Positions 44,183 through 55,560 of a stretch of DNA of 64,000 bases are shown here, piece after piece. The notes beneath the pieces were generated by a model. The model searched no databases. It saw only the letters and a list, made by a program, of their open reading frames with translations, and was not told the origin of the DNA. The DNA is taken from NCBI GenBank assembly GCA_977017575.1, contig CDRNVI010000080.1, positions 62,725 through 126,724 on the forward strand, in the 5' to 3' direction. This stretch comes from Paramoeba atlantica. Its lineage: Eukaryota; Protista; Discosea. Both the position numbers and the translations under genes were made by a program. Position 1 is the first letter of the stretch. The number at the start of each line of letters is the position of its first letter.

Positions 44183-46252
44183 ATGATGCGCGTAAGTACC
44201 ACTCTTCGCTATCTCCCGTTACAAGGATTCTCTGGAAAGCCCTTTCATTATTCAGTTTCTCTTACTTTAGTCACTTCCGCAAAAGCACATCACTTCTCTT
44301 CTCCATATTGGATCACTTCACGGCAATTAGAATGGCTGACCGGAGGAAACGTTCAAATTAAGTCCGAGATCCCAAATTTCGGCACATCTGCAAATGAAAC
44401 CGCGGATGGTAGTGTCAAGCAGCGAACTGTCGCATCACAAGCACTTAGCTACATAGAATCACGGCCTATCCAATGGTACAACCTTGACCAGACCACCAAT
44501 CCTGAGCTCGCTCTCACGTATATCCGCAAGCACGCAGCCTACCTCCGTCACGCCAAGCCCTGTATCGACATCGCCACCCTATCCCCCTTCCGCCCGGACG
44601 TCCAACGTATCCTCCACGCCGTCTCGGCACGAAAAAATCTCAAATCCCATCTCTGGATAGCCCAATCCGACCTCCCTCTCATCGCCGACGGAACCCTCAC
44701 CCCCATCCCCGGAGCCCACGGGGTATCCTTCCCCCGTAGTCCCCTCCTCCACCCCCGTACAACCCAAAGGGTACGTACCGTTACCCTGCTCCATGACACC
44801 TCATCTTCGCCTTCTTCTCCTTCTTCTTTTGATGCCGATGTTACATCTTCCCCATCGTCCACTCCTTCACCCTCTGACTCCTCCTCTATGGCTTCTTCCC
44901 CAACTTCACCCTCTTCCCCAGCTTCACCCCCTTCCTCTTCTTCACCCCCTTCCCCAGCTTCACCCCCTTCCTCTTCTTCACCCCCTTCCCCAGCTTCACC
45001 CCCTTCCCCAGCTTCACCCCCTTCCCCAGCTTCACCCCCTTCCCCAGCTTCACCCCCTTCCCCAGCTTCACCCCCTTCCCCAGCTTCACCCCCTTCCCCA
45101 GCTTCACCCCCTTCCCCAGCTTCCCCCCCTTCCTTCACGCACTCCCCCACCGCCCCCTGCACGCTCTACCCCCTCGCGGCCCTCTCCCACCCCCCCGCGG
45201 CCCTCTCCCACGCCCGCCACCGCGTCGCGCGCTCCGCCCTCACCAACGCCCCCCTCCCCTGCCCCCCCACCCAGCACGCCCTGCGCCGGTTCGCCAGGCG
45301 CCACGGCCTGCGCTCCCCGCACTGGATCTCCCCCGACGCCCTGCACCGCGTCTACGGCGCCAGCCTCGGGGTAAGCCCCGACGCCGTACGGTGTGTGCTG
45401 CGGGTCGTAACGTGTGCGGGGAGTCGGGGGGAGAAGACAAAGAGGGGGACCGAAAAGGGTGGGACCACGGAGGAGGGGGAGAAGACAGGGGAGGGGGGGA
45501 AAAGGGAAGGGGGGAAGACGACGACCACTACACGTGTGATCCGTTTGTATAATGCGGAGCACACGACGGGGAAGGAGACGTTATGTGCCCGAGCCCGTCG
45601 TGGGGGGATGATTCAGTATGCTACGGGAAAACTCATGAGGCTCAGCGCCCAGGCCGTGTTGTGGGAGGAGGCTGAACGACAAGGGTACCGCAGTAATGTG
45701 TGGCTCCGGAAGAGGGAGTTGGGGCGTGAGGGGAAGGGGGTAGTGGAGTTGAAACCCGGGATGACAGGGGTTGTGTTGTCGAGGAAGGCGACGAAAGGGG
45801 GAGAAAATGAAGCAAAAGAAGGGATGGAGGATGGAGGTGAAGGGGATGCGGTTCCGGAACAAGGAGTGGAATGGTTTAACGCCGATCAAACGACATGTCC
45901 ACACGCTGTGATCCATGGGACGAGGAAGAATGCGGAAATGGGGAGCGTAACACGTGTGATGCGCAGTGGGTATTGTGGTACGATGTACCCCAGAGCAGTA
46001 CAGCGCATACTACGCAAGACGGCGCAGAAGAAAAGGTTTTACTCTTGTTATTGGGTCACAGTGTCCCAGATGCGACGTTTCTCGCCGGAACTGAAGAAGA
46101 GAGACGGGGAAGAGGGGATCAGGTTCCTTGCAACGTGCAAGGACAAAGAAGATAAGGTCCCGTATTTTTTGTTTAATGCCGCTCAGTTGGATAACCGATC
46201 TGTACTCAACGAACACGTGAAGAATCTGAACGAACAAAACGCTTGTGGGTGA
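44183..46252 (+). CDS. Tc38/p38-like kinetoplastid protein (ArdC-N-like ssDNA-binding repeats) with a (SPASPP)n insert
   Basis: Five repeats of [S/Y]xxW[I/L/V] followed by [L/W/F][Y/F]Nxx[Q/H] (SPYWIT, SHLWIA, SPHWIS, SNVWLR, SCYWVT). 18-bp tandem repeat at ~44900-45130. Confidence 0.6.
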   Translation: MMRVSTTLRYLPLQGFSGKPFHYSVSLTLVTSAKAHHFSSPYWITSRQLEWLTGGNVQIKSEIPNFGTSANETADGSVKQRTVASQALSYIESRPIQWYNLDQTTNPELALTYIRKHAAYLRHAKPCIDIATLSPFRPDVQRILHAVSARKNLKSHLWIAQSDLPLIADGTLTPIPGAHGVSFPRSPLLHPRTTQRVRTVTLLHDTSSSPSSPSSFDADVTSSPSSTPSPSDSSSMASSPTSPSSPASPPSSSSPPSPASPPSSSSPPSPASPPSPASPPSPASPPSPASPPSPASPPSPASPPSPASPPSPASPPSFTHSPTAPCTLYPLAALSHPPAALSHARHRVARSALTNAPLPCPPTQHALRRFARRHGLRSPHWISPDALHRVYGASLGVSPDAVRCVLRVVTCAGSRGEKTKRGTEKGGTTEEGEKTGEGGKREGGKTTTTTRVIRLYNAEHTTGKETLCARARRGGMIQYATGKLMRLSAQAVLWEEAERQGYRSNVWLRKRELGREGKGVVELKPGMTGVVLSRKATKGGENEAKEGMEDGGEGDAVPEQGVEWFNADQTTCPHAVIHGTRKNAEMGSVTRVMRSGYCGTMYPRAVQRILRKTAQKKRFYSCYWVTVSQMRRFSPELKKRDGEEGIRFLATCKDKEDKVPYFLFNAAQLDNRSVLNEHVKNLNEQNACG

Positions 46253-46844
46253 ATTCGGTATTATTTCTTCTTGCTTTATTCTCCGGGTTTTCTTGATGTA
46301 ATCACGTGAATTTCTACGATTCTTCAGGAATATGTAAACTTGATCTTGTTTTCTTGCCACTTTCTTAGGACCTGCTTTTTCTTAGGACCTGCTGTCTGTT
46401 TTCTTCTAAATATTTTTCACTGGCATGCATTGATTCGAATTTTGTTGAAATTGACTTCGACGGAAACTTGTTTGCGCGCATTTTCTTTTGATTTTTGATA
46501 TTTCAACTTATTTTTTTGAAATTCACTCGCCCGTTCTCATTATTTTCTGTAAATGCCTTTTATAAAAAATTGATTTTTCACAACCAAATAATTATTGCCA
46601 TAATTTAAACCTGATGACAAGTGAAGAATATAGTTTTGTGCGTCAAAATTTGGTTCCTTTCAATGTTGTAGAAAATTAAAGAAAACACTTTTCGTTTTCA
46701 TCTTCTTCAGAAGAAAAAGTAAGGGAAATTTGTGAAAAAAATGTCTCTTACTGGGAGGTCTATGGTAATGATCAAACCACATACATCATCAAACCACGAT
46801 ATATCTTTGCTTCATGGTATCATTTTGCACGTACTAAATCCCAT

Positions 46845-47654
46845 ATGATTCTCGTTCCACTGTATACCACGGATGTTCCTAACAAGAATCGCGGTCCGTG
46901 CAAGGTAAGAGGAGCACTTTTACCTCAGGAATATCACCTTGCGCATGTTATAGAAGATGTTGAAAATCCGCACCCTTCATGGAGTACTTCATTGCATGCG
47001 TGTATGTGGAAAGGCATACGATGCGAAACTGGAAAGGTTTCGGTCATTCTCTGGCATGTCATGAAGTTATCCGGTCATTTAAAGTTCATTTGGTTGCCGA
47101 GAACGCTGGTTGATATTTACATGCGGAGCAATCGGTTAAGCGGATCGGTGCACCTTAGTTCACTTCCAGCCTCACTAAAAATTTTATCGCTGTCACAGAA
47201 TTCGTTTACCGAAACTTTGGATTTCAGCCAACTGCCCGGCAATTTACAAGTTATTGACTTGGGCCATAACCAGTTTGAAGGAAATGTCGAATTAGGTTCT
47301 TTTCCTCTCACGCTCACAGAATTAGATGTCAGTCACAACAAGTTATCGGGAAGTGTATATTTCTCCTCTTTGCCACCAGGTATTAATCTCATGTATTTAG
47401 AGCATAACAGGTTTACAGGAACGCCTGATTTAGAGCACTTATCGTCTTCTCTGGAGGAAATCACCATAAATAATAATTCTTTTTCTGGTATATTGCAACT
47501 TGATATGCTTAGACTTGATACAATGGCCTTAAACGTTTTATGGCTGCACAACAATCCAGAGCTCCATATGAATAATAACGTTTTTTGGGAGAAACTTTCG
47601 AATAAGTTGTCGGATTTTCAATATGATGATACGCAACTACTGCCAGAATCGTAA
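46845..47654 (+). CDS. Leucine-rich repeat protein, paralog 3
   Basis: ACMWKGIRC N-cap; LSSLPASLKILSLSQNSFT-type repeats. Confidence 0.85.
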   Translation: MILVPLYTTDVPNKNRGPCKVRGALLPQEYHLAHVIEDVENPHPSWSTSLHACMWKGIRCETGKVSVILWHVMKLSGHLKFIWLPRTLVDIYMRSNRLSGSVHLSSLPASLKILSLSQNSFTETLDFSQLPGNLQVIDLGHNQFEGNVELGSFPLTLTELDVSHNKLSGSVYFSSLPPGINLMYLEHNRFTGTPDLEHLSSSLEEITINNNSFSGILQLDMLRLDTMALNVLWLHNNPELHMNNNVFWEKLSNKLSDFQYDDTQLLPES

Positions 47655-47898
47655 AGTTTTTTTAGAGTTCATATGACGAAAAAGGGGGTTCCGTTTCGCA
47701 ATAGACCTTACTATCTCGGAGTAGATCTTATTCTCGCATTAGATCGTATTATAACAGATACTTTAACGATGAAGATCTTATTCGTACTTTTATCAATGTA
47801 CTTTTGTTAATGGTACTAATAAGTTAATGACTTAAATACGTACTAGTAGGTCGTAGCAACTTCACGCTTCCTCATATCTCATAATTTCACAAATTGTA

Positions 47899-48663
47899 AT
47901 GTCCAACTTTGCCGTACAACTGAAGATTACTGTGGAAGACTGCCGTCCCCCAATCTGGCGAAGAGTCATCATGAAAACATCCGACTCTCTCTCCGATCTC
48001 CACGAGATCATTCAACGGGCATTTGGATGGCTCGATTATCACTTGCACTCCTTTACCATCCTCAAACAAGATTACATGCCGATAAATCACCCAGCCTATT
48101 GTGATCTCAAGGACTCGGATATGGGGATTCTGTGCGAGAGCGACATCATCCTTAGCCATGTGATCTTATTGAATGTGAAACAATTCCGGTACAACTACGA
48201 CTTTGGAGATGATTGGTACCACGCGGTACAAATCGAAAAAGTTCTCCCGTTGGACTCTTCTGTTCAATATCCAATTTGCATAAAAGGAAAGCGAGCTCGT
48301 CCCCCTGAAGACTGTGGTGGGTGCTGGGGATACGACGAGCTCATCCAAGCGATGAAAAAGCCGGACAGCTCGAAGAAGAAGAAGGAACTCGTAGATTGGC
48401 TAGGGGGGCCTTTCGATGCTGAGGCGTTTAGCCTGGAGGAGACTAATGCACGTCTGGCTACTCTTCATGAGTCTAAGTCCCGAGGCGCCGCAAAGAAGAC
48501 AAAAGAAAGCAAAAGAAAGGAAAAGGAAAAAAGGGCAAGAACGACACGGAGACCGAAACGGGGTCAAAGCGGAGCTCCCGTAGATGAATTTCTTTTATCG
48601 AGGTGTACGATAGCAGATGGAATGCATGTGCGTTCATATCCTTTGAAGTGGTCTTGCAGATAA
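47899..48663 (+). CDS. Plasmid pRiA4b ORF-3-like family protein
   Basis: PPIWRRV, LHEIIQRAFGWLDYHLHSF, YNYDFGDDW, PPEDCGG motifs. Confidence 0.85.
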   Translation: MSNFAVQLKITVEDCRPPIWRRVIMKTSDSLSDLHEIIQRAFGWLDYHLHSFTILKQDYMPINHPAYCDLKDSDMGILCESDIILSHVILLNVKQFRYNYDFGDDWYHAVQIEKVLPLDSSVQYPICIKGKRARPPEDCGGCWGYDELIQAMKKPDSSKKKKELVDWLGGPFDAEAFSLEETNARLATLHESKSRGAAKKTKESKRKEKEKRARTTRRPKRGQSGAPVDEFLLSRCTIADGMHVRSYPLKWSCR

Positions 48664-49187
48664 GAAGAGTGTACATAAATAAAAATAGTCTGTTGTGGCA
48701 CTCAGAGGTGTACATAGGACTTATGTTTCTCATGCGTGGTACAGTGCTAATGTTTGAAAATGTAAGTATTTGTATTTCAATTCTCTCTATTTAACCATTA
48801 CGTTGGTGTTTTCAAAATACAAAAAACTTCACAGTAGCTGCTTTGTACGTGTACACGGTAGAGTATGTGCATACACTTCTATTGTTGATGAATCGTTAGT
48901 TAAACCTTAAAAGGGTGTCGTTTATAGCACTACGTTTTAATCAAGTATTTTGTAGAAGTATTTTGTGTTTTGGCACATTCCGTTCTCAAAATTACTCTAT
49001 TTTCATCGTATCTCTCGCATAATTTCAAAAACAAATAGCACGACTACGCTTTCCTTATCTGACACATGCACGACGGAACCACCCTACCCACCTCATGACC
49101 TCTCCGTAATACTCCACGACTACCCTATCCTCTCCCCCTACCCCCACATCCCCCCCTTCCCCCTTCCACTTTCTTACCTACATGTAA

Positions 49188-50729
49188 ATGCGGCCCTATC
49201 TTATTCTCCTCCTCCTACCCCTTCTTCTGTCCAGCGACGTTTCTTCCCCCGCCCAGCCTCACCCCCCCGACACCCGCGCCGAGGTTCTCGAGCTCTTCAA
49301 CCACGCGTACGACAGCTACAAGTCCCACGGCTTCCCCTTCGATGAGATCCGGCCCTGCAGCTGCCGCGGGGTCGACACCCTCTGCGGGTGTGCGCTGACG
49401 CTCATCGACGCCCTCCCCTCCCTGGCCGTGGTGGGGCGACACGAGGCGTTCCGGCACGACGTGAAATGGGTCACGGAGAATGTGCGTTTCGACCAGAACC
49501 GGCAGGTCTCGGTGTTCGAGGTGAATATTCGAGTCCTGGGTGGACTGCTGAGCGCACACTTGATGTATGAGGAGGGGGTGGTGGTTGTGGACCCCGGGGT
49601 GGATGACTACAAGGGAGGACTGCTTTTGTTAGCGAAAGATCTTGCGAATCGTCTGTTGCGCGCGTTTGACACCCCTACGGGGATACCGTTTGGCTCGGTG
49701 AACCTGCGGCATGGTGTTCATGTACGGGAGACCTCTGAGACTGCGACTGCGGCGGGTGGGACATTCCTGCTGGAGTTTGGTGTTCTGAGTGCGCTCACGG
49801 GGGATATGCGATACGCTGAGGCCGCGCGGAGGGCCTCCCGGGCGTTGTTTTACTTCCGCAGTCCGCTGGGGCTTCTCGGTAATCACATAAACATCACCAC
49901 CGGGGAATGGACCCAGACGGTCGCCACCGTCGGTACTTCCGTAGACAGTTACCTCGAGTACCTCTTCAAGGCCTATGTGCTTTTTGAGGAGGTCGAATTC
50001 CTGTGTATGTACCGTAACCTCACATCCGCAGTCGAGAGGTATCTTCGACGTGGAGGGTGGTACCTGGATGTGGAGATGGAGTCTGGAATTCTTAACCGTC
50101 CCGTTGCCAACGCCCTCGGATTTTTTTACCCCGGACTCCGAGCCTTTGCCGGGGTGTCGCCACGGTGTGTGTGGGACACCGTTGAAGCCCCTCTAGGGGT
50201 GTGGAAACGGTTTGGGGCCACTCCAGAGGGGTGGGATGTATGGGCCGGGGAGCCTGCAGAGGGCCAGGAGGGGTATCCCCTGCGTCCGGAGCTAGCCGAG
50301 TCGCTCTATCACCTCTACCGTACCACCCGGGACCCCTACTATCGTACCCAGGCGACGTATCTTGTCCACACCCTGCGGAACCGTACCCGTGTGAGGTGCG
50401 GGTTGAGTGCGTTACCGGATGTGCGGAATAACACTTACAGCGATCACATGGAGTCGTTTGTGCTCAGCGAGACGCTGTTGTATCTCTATCTTGTGTTCGA
50501 CGAGGATAATGTCTTGCATCACCGTCCGTATGTGTTCAGCACGGAGGGACATCCGTTTCCTGTGTCTCAGCGGTTTATCCTGCGTGATCTGTGGAACTCG
50601 ACCTCGGTGGAGGAAATGTGGGAGTACTGTGGGTCATTGAGTGTAAGAGACTTTCAGTCCCCACAGCTGACCGCGGAGGAAATGATGAGCGTGGAGGGAG
50701 TGAGGCTAGGTACTGGCGTTCGGTGTTGA
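49188..50729 (+). CDS. GH47 alpha-1,2-mannosidase, EDEM-like, with a signal peptide
   Basis: FNHAYDSY..HGFPFDE, TLIDAL, VSVFEVNIRVLGGLLSAH, DSYLEYL, YPLRPELAES, MESFVLSETLLYLYL, STEGHPF. Confidence 0.92.
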   Translation: MRPYLILLLLPLLLSSDVSSPAQPHPPDTRAEVLELFNHAYDSYKSHGFPFDEIRPCSCRGVDTLCGCALTLIDALPSLAVVGRHEAFRHDVKWVTENVRFDQNRQVSVFEVNIRVLGGLLSAHLMYEEGVVVVDPGVDDYKGGLLLLAKDLANRLLRAFDTPTGIPFGSVNLRHGVHVRETSETATAAGGTFLLEFGVLSALTGDMRYAEAARRASRALFYFRSPLGLLGNHINITTGEWTQTVATVGTSVDSYLEYLFKAYVLFEEVEFLCMYRNLTSAVERYLRRGGWYLDVEMESGILNRPVANALGFFYPGLRAFAGVSPRCVWDTVEAPLGVWKRFGATPEGWDVWAGEPAEGQEGYPLRPELAESLYHLYRTTRDPYYRTQATYLVHTLRNRTRVRCGLSALPDVRNNTYSDHMESFVLSETLLYLYLVFDEDNVLHHRPYVFSTEGHPFPVSQRFILRDLWNSTSVEEMWEYCGSLSVRDFQSPQLTAEEMMSVEGVRLGTGVRC

Positions 50730-50810
50730 CTGTCGTGTGAGGAGATTACCCCCCCCGTTACCCTCCCCCACCATTACCCTTACCGTTACTTCCCTAGACA
50801 TATCCTAGTA

Positions 50811-51350
50811 CCGGGCGTTACTTAATTACGGAATTTCTTAATTACGGTTAACGGTTAAAATTTTGTCGATTTTAACCTTAAATCGGTTAACCGCAATTAG
50901 GGAGTAACCTTAATTAAGAAATTCCGTAAATAGGGAAAATGGGTTATGCATGACCGCAATATATTTCAACATCAATGAAACGATAACAATCAATCATCAA
51001 TATCGTGCATCTTATACCCACTAGATTCGAAAGTGCGTTGTAGCTTTCTTCTGGTGGTATCCGCATCATCGTTGCGTTCCCCGTAGCCAAATCCAAGCTA
51101 TAATGGTTCCAAGCCCCTCGTAATGCAATTATCTAATACTATGTAGCAACATGGCGCATTCCACATTCCACGACGAATGCCAGTCGCTCTATTCCTCGCC
51201 CAGGCGGCTTTCTGCTTCCTGATATTCCAGTCACAGGGCGCATAAAATATTTTGCTTGGAAAATAAAAATATCAGTTTTAATCTTAAATAGATTAACCGT
51301 AATTACGTAAAAACCGTAATTAAGGGCAACCGTAATTAAGTAACGCCCGG
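50811..51350. mobile_element. MITE, 540 bp, 21-bp perfect TIR, flanked by TA
   Basis: TA|ccgggcgttacttaattacgg ... ccgtaattaagtaacgcccgg|TA, with subterminal taattacgg repeats. Confidence 0.78.
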
Positions 51351-53010
51351 TACGTAACATATCCTTTTTTTTTCCAAAAAAAGTTAAAATACTACTGTCA
51401 CCCCCCCCTTTATACTTCCACCGGTTTCGGTACTTTTGGAATTATAAAGGAGGGGGGGTCTGACTTTCGGAAGTATAAAGGGGGGGTCTGGTTTTTTGCA
51501 AAATCCGCGAAACAAACGTTTTTGAAACAGGGACAAAAAAAAATGCACCGCTTCGCGGCGCTGGTTTCCTATTATTCTAGCTTTTTCCAAAATCGACTTC
51601 TAAAGCGTATTTTGAGGGTTTGGGACCGGAGCACCCGGACAGCACAGATTCCCCACCCAAATTGCAAAAAAATCGGTACGGGTTCGACATCGGCTGAGAC
51701 GGAGACCTTCTCGAGCTCAAGTTTTTTTGTGCCTGAAAAACGAATACTCCCCCTCTGTTTAATTTTGATAAATGGACTTTTTTTACTTTTATCCCAACTA
51801 ATGATTCATCAAAAAATTATTTTTTTGATAAGTGAGGGGCTGCGGGTGAAACCTCGTGAAACCTCGCGAAATTTCGCGAAACCTCGGTGAAACCTTGTGA
51901 AACCTAGCCACCTGCAGCCCATCAAATGATAAATCAATTTTTTCCCTCGTTGAAACATATTTCGTTCTCTAGAACAGCGAAGTCACAAATTTTTCAATTC
52001 GAACACCGAAAATGACCCAAATCTGGGGGAAAAAGTTGCCTTTTTCGCCTATAAATCGGACACCTAAAAGCTCTTTTTGGTTCTTAGTGTCCCCCCTCCC
52101 CTTAAGCGCACCCAGTCAGACACCCCATTTAAGCGTACATAGAGTACAGGTATAGATTCCGGCGTCGCAAAGCGGCGCCAAATTTTTTATCATGTAGTGA
52201 TTCAGACGCCCCTTTAAAATTTCGTTTAAAATAAATTATTTTGATAAATGCTAATGATAACCTTTTTTAGGCTCTTCGTTAAACGCGGTGGTTGTTTTCA
52301 ACTTAGAAGTCACTCATGCTGCGCGCTTCGCGTTGAAAACTACCTCCACGTTTGACGAAGGGCCTAAAAAAGAAAAATCGCGAAAAGATCGCGAATAATC
52401 TACTTTTTTGGGGGAAAAAGCTCGATTTTTTGGCGAAAATTGCGAAATTTTAACCCGAATTTGGGCCGTTTTGGATGCCTTACCAGTAGGGGCAGGAGAC
52501 GAATCTGTCGAAAAAAACGTTGTAGAATGGTAGCTGGGGTCCCAAACTCCTAAAACGTGTTTTAGGAGTCGATTTTGGAAAAATAATATTTTTACTTTTC
52601 TTTGGGTAAAAAAAATTTTTTTGGTGTCATCCCAAAAGTTTCGGAAATTTTTATCTGGTCGGATCCCTCCCGCGCGTGCAAGGGGGGTACCCCCAGGTGG
52701 GGTGGAAAATTATCGCCACGGCATACTCTACCACTTCCCGGAGCTTCCCGGAGCTACAAATAATATTCCCGAGGCTAAAAATAATATTTTTACTTTTTTT
52801 TGGGTCAAAATGTTTTTTTGGTGTCATCCCAAAAGTTTCGGAAATTTTTATCTGGTCGGATCCCTCCCGCGCGTGCAAGGGGGGTACCCCCAGGTGGGGT
52901 GGAAAATTATCGCCACGGCATACTCTACCACTTCCCGGAACTTCTGAAAACGTGTTAAAACGCTTATTTGGGTTTCCCCCGAGGCCCCCAACATGTGGGG
53001 AACACATTAA

Positions 53011-53133
53011 AATCCAGGTATAAAGGGGCGAGGGAGATACGAAGCAACAGATGTAGCAAATTCCCACTGAAAAGAAATTGGAAATTTGCTACATCTATTG
53101 CTTCGTATCTCCTCGCCCCTTTATACCTGGATT
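53011..53133. repeat. ~123-bp palindrome (~51-bp arms), MITE-like
   Basis: aatccaggtataaaggggcgag...gatgtagcaaatt / aatttgctacatc...cccctttatacctggatt, with one mismatch and one indel. Confidence 0.8.
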
Positions 53134-53698
53134 CTACAAAATAACTATAGAATCTTTACTGTAGAATCTTTATTGTTCTACAAAAGATTTCTTCAAAAAT
53201 TTCGTTGTATCAATCAGTAAAATTCGTGGGCGTCATGGCAGTAAGCATTGACAAAACAATGTCAATTTTCTTCTAAAAAGTGGCTTCTGAAGGCTTCTGA
53301 CAAAGTTTGTTGGAAATCGGGTGTGTATCATCTTGGTTGAGTTTACTCTCAACCAAATTTTTTTGGAGATGCTTCGAGCATCAGCATCCGCCAGCGCACC
53401 TAGGCTGGGACTAGGGGGCCACATCTTTTCGAAGACAAACGGCTCTGAGAATTAACGTTAACCCCTTGCAAAAGTGTCCAGCTGGCCACTCCCAGAAAAG
53501 TGGATAGCTGGCCACCTCCTGATTTTGGACTTTTTCTCAACTTCTGCAAAAACAATCCATGGAAAATTCAAAAAAAATGACAAATTTACCCAAAACAAAC
53601 TATAATTATAATTGCGGTGGTTGTATAACTACCGCTCTACCCTCCATTATTGAAAAAAAGTGAACAAAAACAGTGAAAATATAAAGAGGAACACAGTA

Positions 53699-54005
53699 CT
53701 CCCCCTCTCATTAATAATTATAATTATAATCTATAAACCTGTTTAGTTTATAATTATTAATGAGATTCGATAAGTGATTTTTTCCTACTATGGACTTCAA
53801 TTTCTTGATTTTCGAGACACTTCGTTCAACTTGGAAGCAATTTTTAGTGCAAAGTATGTGGTACAGGTGTCTTTGTAGATAAAAAATGAAAAATTTAAGG
53901 TTTATAATTATAAAAGTGAGACTCAGAATTATAATCTCATTAAATTTCTATAAACGATCCCTTTAATGATTTTTGGAGGTTTATAATTATTAATGAGAGG
54001 GGGAG
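53699..54005. mobile_element. MITE, 307 bp, 25-bp TIR, TA TSD confirmed by an empty site
   Basis: cacagTA|ctccccctctcattaataattataa...gagagggggag|TAatataat versus the empty site gaacacagTAatataat at 39981-39997. Confidence 0.85.
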
Positions 54006-54771
54006 TAATATAATAGAAGAAAAAAATATTAAAAGGGGCTCCGGTGGTCCAAAAACGAAAAAAAAAATTGAAAAAAATGGGGGGTCTAGGGGGGCTCCGT
54101 GGGGGAGCATACGTCACAAAAAAAAATTGAATTTTTTGCTTTTCAAAATCGAGCGCAGGGAAGTGGTAGAGTATGCCGCGGCGATAATTTTCCACCCCCC
54201 CCATGGGGGTACCCCCCCTGGTACGCGCAGGAGGTGTCCGGCAAGATCAAAATTTCTGAAAATTTTGGGGTGACCGCAAAATATTTTTTTTTGACCCAAA
54301 AAAAGTAAAAATATTATTTTTCCAAAATCGACTCCTAAAACGTGTTTTAGGAGTTTGGGACCCCAGCTACTATTCTACGATGCTTTTTTTGTCAGGTTCG
54401 CTTCCTACCCCTACTGGTAAGGCGTCAAAAACGGCCCCAATTCGGGTTAAAATTTCGCAATTTTCGCCAAAAAATCGAGCTTTTTCCCCCAAAAAAGTAG
54501 ATTATTCGCGATTTTTTCGCGATTTTTCTTTTTTAGGCCCTTCGTCAAACGTGGAGGTAGTTTTCAACGCGAAGCGCGCAGCATGAGTGACTTCTAAGTT
54601 GAAAACAACCACCGCGTTTAACGAAGAGCCTAAAAAAGGTTATCATTAGCATTTATCAAAATAATTTATTTTAAACGAAATTTTAAAGGGGCGTCTGAAT
54701 CACTACATGATAAAACTTTGAACTTTCCTGGTACTCTAAAAATCATTTCTAGATTTCTGATTATTTAAGTC

Positions 54772-55560
54772 ATGTCTTGTGAAACGGACCTACTGAACGT
54801 CATCCAAACAATGGCCAAGGAAAAGAAGCAACTTACGGGAAGCATCAAAAAGCTAGAAACACAAATTGAGGAAATGGAAAAAAGGAACAACGAACTTTCA
54901 ACCACCCTTTCGCGTGTAGTAGCCGAAAATTCGGAGCTTTGTCGGTTCGCTTCTCGCCCAGAAGAAACCACACACGAACGAACAGAAGTGACAAAATATT
55001 GGACGCATTTGCTCGAAACAGGAATGTCTTCACATCAAGTCACGGCAATTCGAAGGGCATACGAAGAATTAAAAACAAAAACTACATGTACTTCCCTTTG
55101 GTTCTTTTCTCCGGAGCCTAGGAGTTCATTGGAAACGTTTTTTACCTTGCCATGGATCATATGGGCGCCCATGCGCCAAGGCGAAAAAGAAAACCTACAC
55201 TGTCTTCATTGCAAAGAGCGATTGACTTTCATGAAGCTTTCTCCTGTGCGTCGGATTTTTGATCTTTCGACACCAATGTACTATCTTTGTGAAGTGTATC
55301 AATGTCGTAGCACTGAGTGTCGTAAGGTAATATCAAGTGATGAAAAGAGCTTAATTTCCAGCCTGTCCCACAAGGCACGAAATTCCTTTCCTATTATTAA
55401 AACTGAGAAATTGGGGATGACTAGACGACTTTCAACGGCCATTATGGCAATAGGAACTAGTGGTTCTAATATGAGTGAATTTCAAGGTATTCTGCAAGAA
55501 GTGTATGCCGTCGATTACCATCAGCGGACGTTGCAGTATCTTCGAAGTAGACGGCTTTGA
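54772..55560 (+). CDS. Hypothetical protein with a coiled coil and Cys-rich region (CLHC..YQCRSTEC), possibly a transposon-derived fragment
   Basis: 262-aa ORF; the Cys pattern recalls DUF6729-like regions (unverified). Confidence 0.5.
   Translation: MSCETDLLNVIQTMAKEKKQLTGSIKKLETQIEEMEKRNNELSTTLSRVVAENSELCRFASRPEETTHERTEVTKYWTHLLETGMSSHQVTAIRRAYEELKTKTTCTSLWFFSPEPRSSLETFFTLPWIIWAPMRQGEKENLHCLHCKERLTFMKLSPVRRIFDLSTPMYYLCEVYQCRSTECRKVISSDEKSLISSLSHKARNSFPIIKTEKLGMTRRLSTAIMAIGTSGSNMSEFQGILQEVYAVDYHQRTLQYLRSRRL

Larger units (their letters stand above)
52185..54715. mobile_element. Foldback-like element with ~550-bp imperfect inverted arms, each containing the ~100-bp hairpin
   Basis: 52185-~52385 is essentially the exact reverse complement of ~54515-54715. 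Similarity continues inward with decay. Confidence 0.72.

Noticed and set aside
44548-45374. Antisense (GEGGEA)n, (KLGKGV)n and alternative-frame (LHPLPQ)n ORFs
   Set aside because: Other frames of the 18-bp tandem repeat inside the Tc38-like gene.
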